From NCBI GenBank assembly GCA_951406725.2, contig OX597828.1, forward strand, positions 67,332,001-67,396,000: a DNA stretch of 64,000 nt, in the 5' to 3' direction. Below are positions 1-13,619 of the stretch, in pieces. This DNA comes from Octopus vulgaris. Its lineage: Eukaryota. The first letter of the stretch is position 1. Each line of letters opens with the position of its first letter. The position numbers and the translations under genes were made by a program. The notes beneath the pieces were generated by a model that worked only from the letters and a program-made list of their open reading frames with translations, was not told where the DNA came from and did no database searches.

Positions 1-170
1 ATTACATTCGATCGCATTCCTTCGCTGCCGACGATGGAGTCAAGTTTTTTTCAAACACTCTAGCCATTTGCTAATTATTTTGATCACTGTGGAGAAGGAG
101 ACACGAGTTCAGTCCTTACGTAGTTTGGGATTTCAAAGTTTCGGCATCCGTGTTATAACAGGGTTCACTA

Positions 171-397
171 CGACGATTTCATCTCAATCGAAGGAGAGGG
201 GCTTTCTCCGTCCGGGTTGCGGATTCGTGGAATAAGATGCCGGACGAGATAGTGAAGATGCCGACGACCGCTCGGTTCAAAGTCTCTCTTGACCAGAAAT
301 GGCCGAACTCTTTGTATGACCACCCTCCCTGTACATAACTCCCTGTCCCCTTACATGGCCTTGCTTTTGATTTTTGAGCCAATAAAAATTGAATTGA
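171..397 (+). mobile_element. 3' end of a CR1-type LINE (RT C-terminus plus 3' UTR), 5'-truncated
   Basis: Frame from 171 reads RRFHLNRRRGAFSVRVADSWNKMPDEIVKMPTTARFKVSLDQKW, matching the CR1 C-terminal pattern FSxRVxxxWNxLPxxxVxxxxxxxFKxxLD. It ends in AATAAAAATTGAATTGA. Confidence 0.8.
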
Positions 398-570
398 TAA
401 TGGTGAGATTCTGATGTCACTGACTGTCGTAATCCTCTTTGAAAGCTTTTTTCTGTGTCAGAGGGTCACGCAATAACCCTCAACACAGAGACATGGCAAC
501 AACAACTAAGTTAAGTGGCACGAACAGGATATCGAACACCAACCTCTCAGTTGGTGGCTGCGGGCAGCTG

Positions 571-887
571 TTACCTTTTACCTCATACGTGTTTCAGTCG
601 TTCGACTGCGGCCATTCTGGGGCATCGCCTCGAAGAACTTTAGTCGAACAAATCGGCTCCAGTACTCTTTTAAGTTTGGTACTTATTCCATTGGGTCTCT
701 TTTGCCGAACCGCTAAGTTACGGGATCGTAAACAAACCAATATCGGTTGTCGAGTGTTGGTAGGGGACAAACACACACACAAATATGCACACACACACAC
801 ACACGCACACACACACGCACACGCACACGCACAAGCGCACGCACGCACACACACACAAACGCACATCTATATATATACGATGGGATT
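571..887 (-). mobile_element. SINE family B (tRNA-headed, internal CA/TA microsatellite), 3' half
   Basis: Reverse complement of the copy at 35490-35887 (tgtttcagtc..gactgcggcc..ttttgccgaaccgctaagttacggg). Confidence 0.8.
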
Positions 888-1195
888 TTAATGCCTAAAC
901 TTACTGTGAAATACACTTGACGGATAAAGCGCATAAAGCAAATGTTTGTGGAATTTTCCAGTCAGCTGCAGTCGTTGGAGGTAAAGAAATGCTTGAAGAG
1001 AAAGTCGACTGGAATCGGAATCCTACAATTGTCCGACTCTTTCTTGGAGACGGACTCGCTCTCCTTTCTTGATCTATAATACTTCTTACCACGACTTTAA
1101 TACACACACACACACACACACACATCACGTTGTGTGACCTTTCTTTTTCACGTGGTTTTGTACTATATGATAGACCCTCGAGACCGATAATGAAA

Positions 1196-1210
1196 ATGCT
1201 ACTAGTGCTG

Positions 1211-1253
<43 letters not shown>

Positions 1254-1296
1254 CACTACCACCACCACCACCACCACCACCACCACCACCACCACC

Positions 1297-1373
<77 letters not shown>

Positions 1374-1446
1374 CGCTGCTACTGCTGTTGCTGCTACTAC
1401 CACTACTACTACTTCTACTGCTGCTGCTACTACTACTACTACTAGA

Positions 1447-1483
<37 letters not shown>

Positions 1484-1574
1484 TTACTACTACTACTGCT
1501 GCTGCTGCTGCTGCCTCTGCTACTGCTGCTGCTGCTACTACCACTACAACTACTTCTGCTGCTGCTGCTGCTTT

Positions 1575-1620
<46 letters not shown>

Positions 1621-1622
1621 GC
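1196..1622. repeat. Compound trinucleotide microsatellite (CTA)n/(CCA)n/(CTG)n
   Basis: Directly visible; explains the poly-S/V/L ORFs. Confidence 0.95.
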
Positions 1623-1956
1623 ATTCTGTCTTACACCTATTTCCCTGTGCCAACAGAACCTCAAATGTTTTTCTTTCTATTTTCCTTCCATTCCATTTCC
1701 ATGGCAAATGCAATTTAATACTGTTGCGTAAGAATGGTTAAAACAGAATTCTTGTTTAATAGTTATGCTTGTTGTCAGGGGTTGGGTAGAGGGGAAGTAT
1801 AGTAGATTATTCATTATTTCTTAATTAGATGTTAATTATCAATTATGTATTATAAGGATTAAGTGAGATTTATTGACAGTGTTACTAATTGCTAATGAGA
1901 AACACAAATAGCAATCAGCCGCACCTGAAGACAACCAGTTTTAATGTGAAAACGTA

Positions 1957-2286
1957 TGATTCTGTGGTTAGAGCGTCGGGCTTACAATCGTGAGGTTGTG
2001 AGTTCGATTCCCGGACTTGGATGTGTGCTGTGTTCTTGAGCAAGATACTCTATTTCCCATTGCTCCAGCTCAGCTGTAGAAATGAGCTGTGATGGCACCG
2101 GTGCCAAGCCTTATCAGCTTTTGCTTTTGCCTTGGATAACATCGGTGGCGTGGGGGGTGGAGGGAAGACTGGTATGCATGGGCGACTGCTGGTCTTCCAT
2201 AAACAACCTTGCCTGGACTTGTGCCTCGGAGGGGTACTTACTAGGTACGATCCGATAATCACTTGTGACCGAAGGGAGTCTTTACC
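1957..2286 (+). mobile_element. tRNA-derived SINE family E
   Basis: A box gtggttagagc and B box gagttcgattcc; full-length similarity to 21478-21801. Confidence 0.85.
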
Positions 2287-2417
2287 GTTTTGCTCTATTA
2301 TCACATATCAACCATGACTGAGGAAACATATGACCAATGGCTTCCTAGCCATGACCATCCTGCCTTTGTTACGATATCTGGAACTATATTATCTCATTTA
2401 CCTTTCTTGGAACATAC

Positions 2418-2646
2418 CTATTTCTTTATTACCCACAAGGGGCTAAACATAGAAGGGACAAACAAGGACAGACATAGGTATTAAGTCGATTACATCGACC
2501 CCAGTGCGTAACTGGTACTTAATTTATCGACCCCGAAAGGATGAAAGGTAAAGTTGACCTCGACGGAATTTGAACTCACAACGGGCAGACGAAATACGGC
2601 TAAGCATTTCGCCCGACGCGCTAACGATTCTGCCAGCTCGCCGCCT
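2418..2646 (-). mobile_element. SINE family C (tRNA head plus Nin/Deu-like core), monomer with TSD
   Basis: Minus strand reads ggcggcgagctggcagaatcgttagc..gagttcaaattcc..ctttcatcctttcggggtcgataaattaagtaccag. Flanking duplication tttcttggaaca on both sides. Confidence 0.9.
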
Positions 2647-3628
2647 TTCTTGGAACAAACCACAACGTCTCAATATAGAGAGGTGTCATTTGACAAAGAG
2701 AGAGAGAGAGAAACAGAGAGAGTGAGTGAGTGAGTTGTGTGTGTGTGTAGTAAATCCACATTGGAAGGGGAGATAATCCTTAGATTCAAGAATATTCCAA
2801 AAATTGTCGTACTGTTAACGAAAGCACGTCTGATTGTTTATGCCTAAATGTCCGCTCAACTGAAGATAGAGTAAAACAATTGCCGTGCTGAAAACGCCTA
2901 TTGAAGCAGAAACATGAGTGCTCAGCTGTGCTTTTGCCTTCGGACAATAAGACCGTCCTTTCGTTCATAGCATATCAGCTTTGGAGAAATTCTTGATTCT
3001 TGGGATTATTTCCTCTTTTCATTTGGAGTTGACACCAATTGCTACCAGGCGATTGGTCTACTTCCTCTGGTAAGAGGAGACAATTTCAATAAATAAACAT
3101 TTTTATCGTGCATACCATTTAATGTACCCATATTTGCCTTTGTTGTTCTAACACGTGTCACTGCCCACAGATATTTCACTTCGCTAATTTTCGTTTCCTT
3201 TGTACGCACAGACAGACACAGACCCACAAGCACACAGACAGACAGACAGACACACACACACACACACACACACAAAGCATAGACTAATATACTCACCTAC
3301 ATACCTACAAGCACGCACGTAATATGCAGGGATGCACACCTATAATATGTATATGTGTGTGTATGTGTTTCTATAACTATATTTGTGGGTGCGCATGTTT
3401 ATGATCGCATACACACACATGTATGTATATATGCATATATGTATGCATGCATACATGTATATGTGTTTGTGTGCACATGCGTGTACCAAGAAACAGGAAA
3501 GGAGAGAAATGATGTTTGCTTATGCAAATTTATGTGCATGTGTGTATATTTGTATATTTGTGTATTTGTCTACGCATGTATGCCTTCATATTGGTATATT
3601 TGCTTATATGTGTTTGTACGAATATTCG

Positions 3629-3659
<31 letters not shown>

Positions 3660-4379
3660 TTACACACATATATGTGTGTGTGTGTATTTTGGATATGTGT
3701 ATATATATATATGTGTATGTGTGTGTATCTGAGTGTATGTTTGTGTGTATGCATATTTGTATATGTGCATATATGCATGCAAATATGTATGGGTGACGGA
3801 GAGAGAGAGAGTGTTGGGGTGGGGCAAGTGTGAGATAAAATGAGAGATGTAATGATAACCTAAAGAGATAAGAGATTGTGTGTAAATTGGTTATCGTATG
3901 GAAATACATAAGATTGATAGCAAAATGTTAATTGGTTTAGGCGGGAAATCAATAAAGTGAAGCTGTGCATGTGAATGGCGGAGGATAGTTGTACGTGTGT
4001 GTGCGTGCGCGCACGTCTGTATGTGATTGCGCGCGCGTGTGCGTTTTGTGTGTGTGTGTGTGTGTGTGTGCGTATGTGTGCATGCATGTGTGTGGGATTT
4101 TGAGAGGAGTATGTATGCATATATCTATGTGTTTATGGGTAAGTATATGCTCGTGTGTGTGATGGTGTGTGTATGTGTGTGTGTGTGTGTGTGAGTGAGT
4201 GTGTCTACGGGTAGGTTTACTGTGTATAAGTGGTTAAAAGAGTCAAGTGGGTGGTATGTATATATTTATGAATGTGTATACATGTGTGTGCATGCAGATG
4301 CGCGGGTGTATGTATACACGGGTGTGTTTGAATGTTCTTCAGGAGTATCTATTTACGTTTTTATGAGTGCATACGTAAG

Positions 4380-4762
4380 TGTATGTATGTATGTATGTAT
4401 GTATGTATGTATGTATGTATGTATGTATGTATGTATGTGTGTGTATGTATGTGTGTGTATGTATGTATGTATGTATGTATGTATGTATGTATGTATGTAT
4501 GTATGTATGTGTGTGTGTGTATGTATGTGTGTGTGTATGTATGTATGTATGTATGTATGTATGTATGTATGTATGTATGTATGTATGTATGTATGTATGT
4601 GTGTGTGTGTATGTATGTGTGTATGTATGTATGTATGTATGTATGTATGTATGTATGTATGTATGTATGTATGTATGTATGTGTGTGTGTGTATGTATGT
4701 GTGTGTGTATGTATGTATGTATGTATGTATGTATGTATGTATGTATGTATGTATGTATGTAT
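4380..4762. repeat. (GTAT)n/(GT)n compound microsatellite
   Basis: Directly visible. Confidence 0.95.
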
Positions 4763-5387
4763 GCGTGTACTTGTACAAGTGTATTTTTGCTTTTGTCAGC
4801 AATGTTTTGTTTATAAGGAAATAAAACGTAATTAATTGCTCAGAAACAAAGTTGTTTGGCTCTAGGTTACCCCTGATTAGCAGACCTATTGATCAAAAAC
4901 GTTCTACTGTGGCCATCAAGTTTGTTTTTGTTAGGGCATACACTGTATACAATGTTAAAATGTCTACGCTCATTATTATGACAGTATATATGATTTATGG
5001 GAACTGAGCAAGTCGAGAGAGCGAGTAGGAGTCCAGTGCTTAGAACCTAAATTCCCGAGCAAAGTATAGTTAGACCCTAAAACCGATCATGTGCCACAAG
5101 TTCGTGGGTGACGATAGCAGGGGTCTTGGAGAGAGTTTTGCAAGATTCTCAACTCCCAAACTATTAAACTTTTATTCTTTTACTGGTTACCTTCGTTGGA
5201 CCACGGCCATTCAAGGAAGCCATCATCAAAGGCTTAGTCAGTTATATCGAATCCAAGATTTGTCAGATTATCAATATCTATTTATTAAAAATTTGAATTT
5301 TACCTTCTGATTTATGAGCTTTTAGAGAATTACCTACTTTTAATGACGTAAACACCCGAAGATATTTCCAATGATATACACAGGTGC

Positions 5388-5781
5388 AGGCGTGGCTGTG
5401 TGGTAAGAAGCTTGCTTCCCAACCACATGGTTCCAGGTTTAGTCCCACCTTGAGCAAGTGTCTATCACTATAGCCTCGGGCCGACCAAAGCCATGTGAGT
5501 GGATTTGGTCGACGGAAACTGAAAGAAGCCAATGTGTGTATGCTTGTCTGCATCTGTCCTCTACCACCATCCCCACTACCACAGCCGTCGCTTGACAACA
5601 GGTGTTTGTATGTTTATGACCCAGTAACTTAGTGGTTCGACAAAAGAGGCCGACAGATTAAGTACCAGGCTTAACAACATTAAGTACGAGAGTCTATTCA
5701 TTCAACTAAAAATTCTTCAAGGCGGTGCTCCAGCATGGCCACAATATAATAACTGAAATAAGTAAAAGATAAAAGATAAAA
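5388..5781 (+). mobile_element. SINE family B, full length, diverged
   Basis: Head ggcgtggctgtgtggtaagaagcttgcttcccaaccac; tail ggcggtgctccagcatggcc..actgaaataagtaaaaga. Confidence 0.85.
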
Positions 5782-6367
5782 ACGCCAACACAAAAATACA
5801 CTCACATGAGTTTGCATGAGTATACAGCAGGTTTCTGTACAGTTTCCCTTCTGACACATTTCACTGACGAGACCTTGAATCACTCGGAGGTCATGTGACA
5901 GAAGGAGATTGGGCAGATTCATTGAAAACATTTGTCAAAGAAAAAGATTAGTCGAAAGATATTTTTAAACAAAAACAAATCGAAAGAGAAAAAAGGATCA
6001 AAACATACTGGTCGATACCAACTTCATCTAAAGGTATATTCTTTAAAAAATAAAGAAAGTTACATTAATATTGTTATTTTTAAATAATAATGAAGTATGA
6101 AATGAAATGTTTCCTTAATTTTTTTCAGACAATTTCATAAAATTGAAAACGAATATCGTTTATGAAAAAGTAAATTTGTTTTTGACCCATTTGCATTAAG
6201 GCCAAATTCTTTAGACCAGAAGTTCTCAACCATTTTTTATCTTTGGAGCCCTTTGATTCTAGTGGGCCCTCATAGCCATTCAATGTTTAACAACTAGTTT
6301 TATAGATATCTCTTTCAAAATTTCTTATTTTCCTTTTCAAAGTTTCTATTTTCCTTTTTACACATTA

Positions 6368-6535
6368 ACTGAGCCTGGGTGCACATTCATACATCCGTCG
6401 ATGCTCTCGGTGTCGGGGGTTGACCTGCTTTCTCTTCTGCGTGTCTTCCGAATAGCAAAGGACCACGTTTCGGACTTCTCCCACTACAGAGGCGCGATCT
6501 TGCGAGCTCTGGGACGAAGACCGCTTCGCTCAACA
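6368..6535 (+). mobile_element. 3' tail of SINE family A (tail type 1)
   Basis: Matches the reverse complement of 58443-58610; ends in a CAAA/CAA tail. Confidence 0.8.
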
Positions 6536-7149
6536 AACAAATAAACAAACAAAGCAGCAGCAACAACAACAGCAACAACTAAAAAACAAAACATTGAAAG
6601 AGATAAAGGAGGTTGTTTATAGCTGTTTCTATCACTCTTGAGATTATTGATAGCGAGAAAGATAAATCAATCAATATTTGGTTGTCTCAGAGTTTTGGGA
6701 AACATTCTTGCCACAGCAAGGATCTAGTTTATGAACAAGCCATTTGGTCTTAACATATTGGAATATTAAATTAACATATTGTAAGATTAACATTAAAGAT
6801 CTAAACTAAATAAAGCTATCCTTCGTTGAACATTATTAATTAACCTCCGCCCTCTTCCTCCATCGATGAAAACTACGCTTATCAGATTGAATAATCAATG
6901 AGAATAATTATAATTTATCCTTATAAAAAAATATGATAAAACAAACACAGTGGAATTACTGTAAATCATTTATTTATTCTTTTTTAGATAAAATTCACCA
7001 AGAGCTATTTTCTGTGCATAATTTTAATGATAACAGTTTGATTAAAGCAAACCTCGGTGGACGAACGTACTTCTGTCGATGTTCGCATCCATCTCCATTA
7101 AACATTGGTTGGTCAACTCTATATCCTGGAATAATTCATCGAGTCATTT

Positions 7150-7600
7150 CGCTGTTATTTCCTTAGAGACTATTTCTATTTCTTCACGTTCTTCTCCTCT
7201 TCATATTCCTGTCTATGTTCAGATTTCAATGAAGCTATCGTCGCTTCAGTCATTTCAATGAGACGCCAAATAATTCGGGAACAGCTCCCTAATCAACATC
7301 GTCGAAGTCAAGGTCTCTTCCAATGGTTGTAATTTCATCAAAGATTATTTTGTTGGCTAGATTTTTGCAGCTACTAAAATCATTAGTGCATTGAGGCAAT
7401 ATCTTCTGCTAGACTGCCCTCACACAACTGCTATCACTTTCCTCCCATGATTCCTGAATATTTTCAATTGTTTGTTTAGTGCTTGTAGTGAAAAAAAGAA
7501 ATATGAAAAATATTTTTCCTGGCAAGTATGGAAGGCGCCTTTCCTCTTGCTTTATTTGTGCAGTATAGCGTCCCCATAGCTTACTGGATGACAAGTAAAC
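7150..7600 (-). pseudogene. Degenerate Tigger/pogo transposase C-terminal remnant
   Basis: Minus-strand peptides TIENIQESWEESDSSCVRAV*QKILPQC and LDFDDVD*GAVPELF resemble the Tigger motifs 'IxxAWxEVxxxxxxxxWxKLxP' and 'GFEEVDEEDVEELL'. Stops are present. Confidence 0.55.
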
Positions 7601-8442
7601 AAACCACTTAAGTAAATATTCTGGCTGAATCGTCTATTTACTGGCGTCATTGAATCGAACGGTAAAAGAATAACATAGTCCTATAAATATAATTTTGTAT
7701 GGCAAAGTAATATTGGTTAGATAGCTCGAGAATATGTAATGACTGAAATAAGACAGGAATGAGTTAATGAATATCTACTTGGCACACAACCTGAGAGAAC
7801 AGGCTCTATGTAAATAACTACTTATCTATTATCTTTATCAAACGGATGACACCTAATAGTTTATTCTTTGAAATATCTCTCTCTTACTAACTACTAAGTG
7901 GTTGTTTCATCCTTGCTTTGGCAACGACAGTAATATCTACGTTTTACTAATAAGGTCTTGTAATACCGGAACATGTTGGGAGTTATATTTTCCATCTTTA
8001 CTGAAAGACTCAAAATAAGGTTAGTCAATGACTAATATTGTTCCTTCCCCACCCCTATATTTCCTAGTTTGTTCCTCCATACATTCAATATATCAACCAT
8101 CATATACGAGGGATGTTGAAATAATTTGTTTACGAACGTATTCAATAAAACTGTTTTATATTAATATGGATATTTAGTAATGTAGATGGAGTACTGGATG
8201 AAGTAGTATTAGAGAATTAGTTAACTAGACGTAGACCTGTAATAGCGTAGTCAGGGACGGTGGTGTGAAGAACTGTTTGCATTTCAGAGAGCCCGACTAG
8301 GTGGAACCATGATTCTCTATTATATACCTGTCCAACTGATGTCAACTCGCGAAATAAACATCGAATCTGCTTCAATGGTGATTGTGATGATGGTGATGAT
8401 GGTGACGATGGTGACGATGGTGACGATGGTGTTGCTGTTGCT

Positions 8443-8804
8443 GTTGAGCGAACGTCCCAGAGCTCGCAAGATGGGAGAAGTCCGAAACGTGATCCTTTGC
8501 TATTCGTAAGACCCGCAGAAGAGAAAGCAGGTCAACCTCCGACACCGAGAGCATCGACGGATGGATGAATGCGCATCCAGGCTCAGCGGTTGCGTAGGAA
8601 GTCAGGGACAAGAAACAGGAAGAAAGAGTGAGAGAAAGTTGGGGCGAAAGAGTAGAACAGGGGTCACCACCACCCCCTGCCGGAGCCTCGTGGAGTTTTA
8701 GGTGTTTTCGCTCAATAAACACACACAACGCCCGGCCTGGGAATCGAAACCGTGATCCTCCGACCGCGAGTCCGCTGCTCTAACCACTGGGCCATTGCGC
8801 CTCC
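8443..8804 (-). mobile_element. SINE family A, full length (tail type 1)
   Basis: Head ggaggcgcaatggcccagtggttagagcagcggactcgcgg..ggtttcgattcc (A and B boxes); near-identical to 58443-58828. Confidence 0.9.
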
Positions 8805-9089
8805 ACTGACGATGGTGTTGATGGTCGTGGTGTTGACGACGACCACGACGACGATGATGATAGTAATTAATCAAAACAAAAGCAGTCAGAGCGCAAACCT
8901 CCGCGAAGGCAACACCAACGTCCTCTCAATGATTAGCCGATGATTTTTAAAATGAGAATATCTGAAATAAACTCGACTGCTCTCACAAACGAGAATACTA
9001 AAAATGAACCCGACCGCTCTCAAAAATTAAGTAAAAAAAAAAACGGAAAAATAATCCAGAATCCTTGTCCGGTACCTGATCGATCCCAA

Positions 9090-9272
9090 TGGTAGCCATG
9101 GAATGTGAAGGTGGGCGTGTGGGCAGTGTTTGTAATGTTGTGTGTGTGTCGTATGCTGTGGGAACAGGGACAGTTTTCTCTATGAAGGCCTTTTTTAGTC
9201 TATCCACTGATACAGTGTCCTTACGACCATTAAGATCTATAGTGAAAAATATATCCGTGCGTGAAAGAAAAC
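9090..9272 (-). pseudogene. Ty3/Gypsy integrase C-terminal remnant
   Basis: Peptide LSRTDIFFTIDLNGRKDTVSVDRLKKAF matches the post-GPY/F 'xxVSxDRLKPA' motif of Gypsy integrases. Confidence 0.7.
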
Positions 9273-9539
9273 GAAGAAATAGAATTCTTAGGCTATCACA
9301 GTAACCAGAGAAAATAAACAAAGATGTGAGAATTTTGTAAAATCCAACAGGACCTAAACCAAGAGACGGCAAAGAGAAAATGTATATAACTCTGCTTCCG
9401 TGGTAGTGTACTAAATATACCCTCATGACAATAAGTACAACAAACATTTCAGAATAACTCAGGAGAAGTCCTTTCGACTGAAAAGGACAAATGCTGTTGC
9501 ACTATCTGTTGTACGTCTAGAACATAACTCTTTCAAGCT

Positions 9540-9718
9540 TTTACTCTTTTACTTGTTTCAGTCATTTGACTGCGGTCATGCTGGAGCACCACCTTTAGTC
9601 GATCAAATCGACACCAGGACTTATTCTATCGGTCTCTTTTGCCGAACCGCTAAGTTACGGGGACATAAACACACCAGCATCGGTTGTCAAGCGACGTTGG
9701 GAGACAAACACAGACATA

Positions 9719-9800
<82 letters not shown>

Positions 9801-9983
9801 CATATATATATACATATATACGACGGGCTTCTTTCAGTTTCCGTCTACCAAATCCACTCACAAGACTTTGGTCGGCCCGAGGCCATAGTGGAAGACACTT
9901 GGCCAAGGTGTCACGCAGTGGGACTGAACCCGAAACCATGTGGTTGGTAAGCAAGCTACTTACCACACAGCCACTCCTACGCC
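9540..9983 (-). mobile_element. SINE family B, full length
   Basis: Homologous to 35490-35887 and 63093-63527; internal (CA)n(TA)n. Confidence 0.9.
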
Positions 9984-10399
9984 TATTTATGACTATGCAT
10001 CTGTGCTTCAGTACTTTGGTCAAAGAAATACAAGTGTGACAACAAGAGACATCGGAAATGTCATAGATACGTTCCTTGCTGTCGCTTTTGTACAGCAATA
10101 TGGGCAAGTGGTTATAGTTGGGATAAAGTAGGCAACATGTAGCCTAGGCCGCCAAAACGAACTTCACAGTCCTATTCACATCCGAATCCAAACCAGAGTT
10201 TCCCCCCTTGTTGAAGGTACTGAAACAAAGGGTATGAGATTAATGATGGTAGAAGCCAAAGCTTAGTCACTACATTTGTTATAAAGCTTATAGCCCCTAA
10301 GAATTGGAAAATCTAAATAAAAAAAGGAGCGGAAATAATGGAGACAACAGTAACAACAATAATAAAAACAAACCCTAGTTTCCATATCAACGTCAGCCA

Positions 10400-10920
10400 A
10401 AAGGTCAGGGATGACAAGCAAAATATCTTTGTACGTATATTTCATTAAAAATAGATGAGCAAATATCGTCCCATGATAATACAAACCTATTGTACAACTC
10501 CATCGTTGTGCGATGAGGAAGAAATGATGTTTGAGGATGAAAATCCACATATTATTTCGTGAAAATACGAACGGAAAAAAAGGGAGAAAAAACCCCCTGA
10601 AGATTTAACATAAAGCAACAAAAATGGGTGAGAAGGAACCGTTTCTTCAAAACAATAATATTCCTCCTTGGGAAGATAATGAAGAAAATTAAGAGGACAT
10701 AGAAGAACAATGATTAACCAACCTTTGAAAATGAAACAAATAATTAAGAGACATAATACGCATCTATGGTGCCACAGACTTCCCAAGAGTTAGAGTGACA
10801 CATAACCAATAAGTTGAAATTTATAAGAAACATACAAATGATAGATTACTCGTAAAAAGAAACTAGTTATTACAATGACGAAGTTTTTTCAACACTAAAT
10901 GTTTAAAAAAATGCTTACTG
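10400..10920 (+). pseudogene. Highly degenerate RTE-type APE endonuclease remnant
   Basis: Frameshifted fragments in the expected order: IIQTYCTT..CDEEE (compare IIQVYAPT..DEE), a DFN-like motif, and QMIDY (compare NQIDYILV). Confidence 0.35.
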
Positions 10921-11433
10921 GTGCATTTGGTTACATTTGCACGCAGTTCGAGAAATGGTAAATGAGTAAGTAGCTAAACTCAACTCAGCAAGTAATCGTT
11001 CGTGTTTTATTTCTTTTAAAGTTGTACGTTTTATCATACATTTTATTTATTTCAGTCAGAATATATGTACTTTAAGACCTTAATACGAACATTGATGCGT
11101 TGTATAACGTCTTTCGCCACTCCTTTTCCTGTTTCTAAGTTTGTTTGTCATTCACACTTCACTGTTTCTGCAACCATTAGCGAAAGTTTCAAATTTTTGT
11201 TTCTCTTCGAATTCGAACTTTTGCCAGAATTAAAGAATAAAATGATTATTAGGATTATTGTTGTTGCTGACGTTGTTGTTGTTGTTGTTGTTAATGTTGT
11301 AATTGTTGCTGTTGCTGTTGTGGTTATTGTTACTATTATTGCCATCAGCAGGAGTCTGGCTGCAAGCGGAATCAAGCTACCGTTAACGAAAACTTAAGTT
11401 AGCGCTTGCACGCGCGTAATTATGTTCGTGAGC

Positions 11434-11488
<55 letters not shown>

Positions 11489-11663
11489 TGTGTGTGCGGT
11501 CAGGTAAAAGTACTTCCTAAATACATTTTAACATCTCACAATAGATTCAGTCTGCTAACGAGATGTGATTGAAGACTGTTTATCAATGTGTCCCCAATGT
11601 AGTAGAATCAACATATCAACTGTTCTGGACATATCACAGATCTGTGTTCCCTAATGAGCCTCC

Positions 11664-11664
<1 letters not shown>

Positions 11665-11718
<54 letters not shown>
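11665..11718. repeat. (CAGC)n tetranucleotide microsatellite
   Basis: Directly visible. Confidence 0.95.
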
Positions 11719-12141
11719 AGTCAGACAGACAGTCAAACAGCCAGAAGGACGGACGGACAGTGAACCAATCAGCCAGCCGAAACTGCCGAAGATGACGTCA
11801 TTCAATGGAATATTTTATTATTGCATTTCACAAAAGGCTTCGCGTTCTTTCTGTCTTTGTCTCTCTGTCACGCCTTATCTCATTGTCTCTCCCTGTCCGT
11901 TTGTCTCTTTTCTCTTTATCTGTTTACCAATCGTTCTTCCTTATTCTGCCTCCTATCTGGCTGTTTCTGTCTCTGTCTTTGTCTCTCTCTTTCTCTCTTT
12001 CTCATTCTCTCTCTTTTTTTTTTATCGTTTAGCACAGAAGAAAATTGGTAAAAGAGCAGCATTTAGGTAAAAGTCAACTGGAACTCTCTAGGAAACATTT
12101 CTTAATTGTAGTTATATAGATAGATAGATAGATAGATACAT

Positions 12142-12205
<64 letters not shown>

Positions 12206-12299
12206 ATATTAAATTAGAGACAAAATATAATATTTTACTATAAAATTGGATTCAATCCTAAATCTGATTTTTCCCTGTAAGTTTGGATTTATTCCCTAA

Positions 12300-12341
<42 letters not shown>

Positions 12342-12451
12342 CATATATACACATACACACACACACACGCACACACACGCACACACTCACACACATACAC
12401 ACACACGCACACACACACACACACACACACTCACACAACACACACACACAA

Positions 12452-12503
<52 letters not shown>

Positions 12504-12657
12504 TGAAGCTTTACTATAGCGTCGTATATTATCGACTGCTATTTGCAGTAAATATTGGAGCATTGCTGTACCATGCTCTTATTTATACTTTAACCTGGTG
12601 ATGCTTTTGTTTTACTGAATATTGCACTACTTAATAAGTTTCTCTTTATATATATAT

Positions 12658-13092
12658 GTAGACGCTTCTGATGAAAACCCAATAAGGTTTGAAAATCGAT
12701 TAAGGTTTGAAAATCGATTAAGGTTGTTTATCATTTTTTAAGTCTGCGGAGAAAAATGGCTAAAATTTACCCATCTTAAAATCATACCATATGTAACATA
12801 TAATATCATAGCTTGATATTGTGTGGACTAAGATCTCCGTTGATAGGCCGCTGGTATTTATAGAGTGTTAAATACTTTCGGTATGCAAATTAGGGACTCC
12901 TTAATAGAGTAACTGCTGCATTTGTTGAGTATATAAACAGTTTGGCTGCTTGCTCCTCTGGAGACTGTCAGAATGGTGTAGACGCCTCTGATAAGGTTCG
13001 AAAATCGATTAAGGTTGTTCATAAATATTTTCAGTCTGTCGAGAAATGGTTAAAATTTACCCTGTTTATAATTATAACATATGATATACATT
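12658..13092 (+). mobile_element. ~1.35 tandem copies of a ~300-320 bp unit with a hammerhead-like motif at each unit start (retrozyme or Penelope pLTR-like)
   Basis: gtagacgc(t/c)tctgat..gaaaatcgattaaggttg..gtctg..gagaaa..tggytaaaatttaccc occurs at 12658 and 12978; preceded by (TA)n. Confidence 0.6.
12664..12706 (+). ncRNA. Minimal type-I hammerhead ribozyme motif
   Basis: GCTT-CTGATGA-AAACC-caataa-GGTTT-GAAA-ATCGAT-TA-AGGT: intact core, 5-bp stem II, palindromic stem III (AATCGATT), UA cleavage site. Confidence 0.65.
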
Positions 13093-13351
13093 GATCTTCG
13101 AAACGTGGAGTAGATGAAACAAAGGCGACTGAAGAAGGGGAATTTTCCTTGTTTTGTATGTCCTGTACTCTATTTTTTCGTTGTTTAAGAAAAATGTCCA
13201 TTTCCTTGGTTTTGTGTTTATGTTTTCGTTTCTCATTGTGTTCGACGTTTTTTGGTGTCCTGTACCCATATATGCATGTATATATACATGTAGAGGTAGG
13301 TACATACATATATGTATGCATATATGCATACGTTTTATTTATTTATTAATT

Positions 13352-13399
<48 letters not shown>

Positions 13400-13619
13400 A
13401 AATAAGAAAATGGAGAAATACATCCAAATCAAATATCAACTACCAGATAATACCCAATCACATACTTTATTAAACCACTACATAAGAAACTTGAAGGTCA
13501 AACATAATAATATAGAACAAAACAGTGTACATAAAGGAGTAATATGATACAATAAGTACAATATGTATAAGAGAATATAATATAATATATATATATATTC
13601 TAACCTCCCCACGACTCCT

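Noticed and set aside
901-1741. Long ORFs (270, 203 and 179 aa) and similar poly-S/L/Y/YI/CV ORFs across the window
   Set aside because: They are stop-free translations of microsatellites with no domain content.
2786-3040. L1/Tx1 RT remnant (LLSEGK resembling LSLxGK)
   Set aside because: Only one weak motif.
8730-8804. SINE heads as tRNA genes
   Set aside because: They lack a 3' acceptor strand and continue into SINE bodies.
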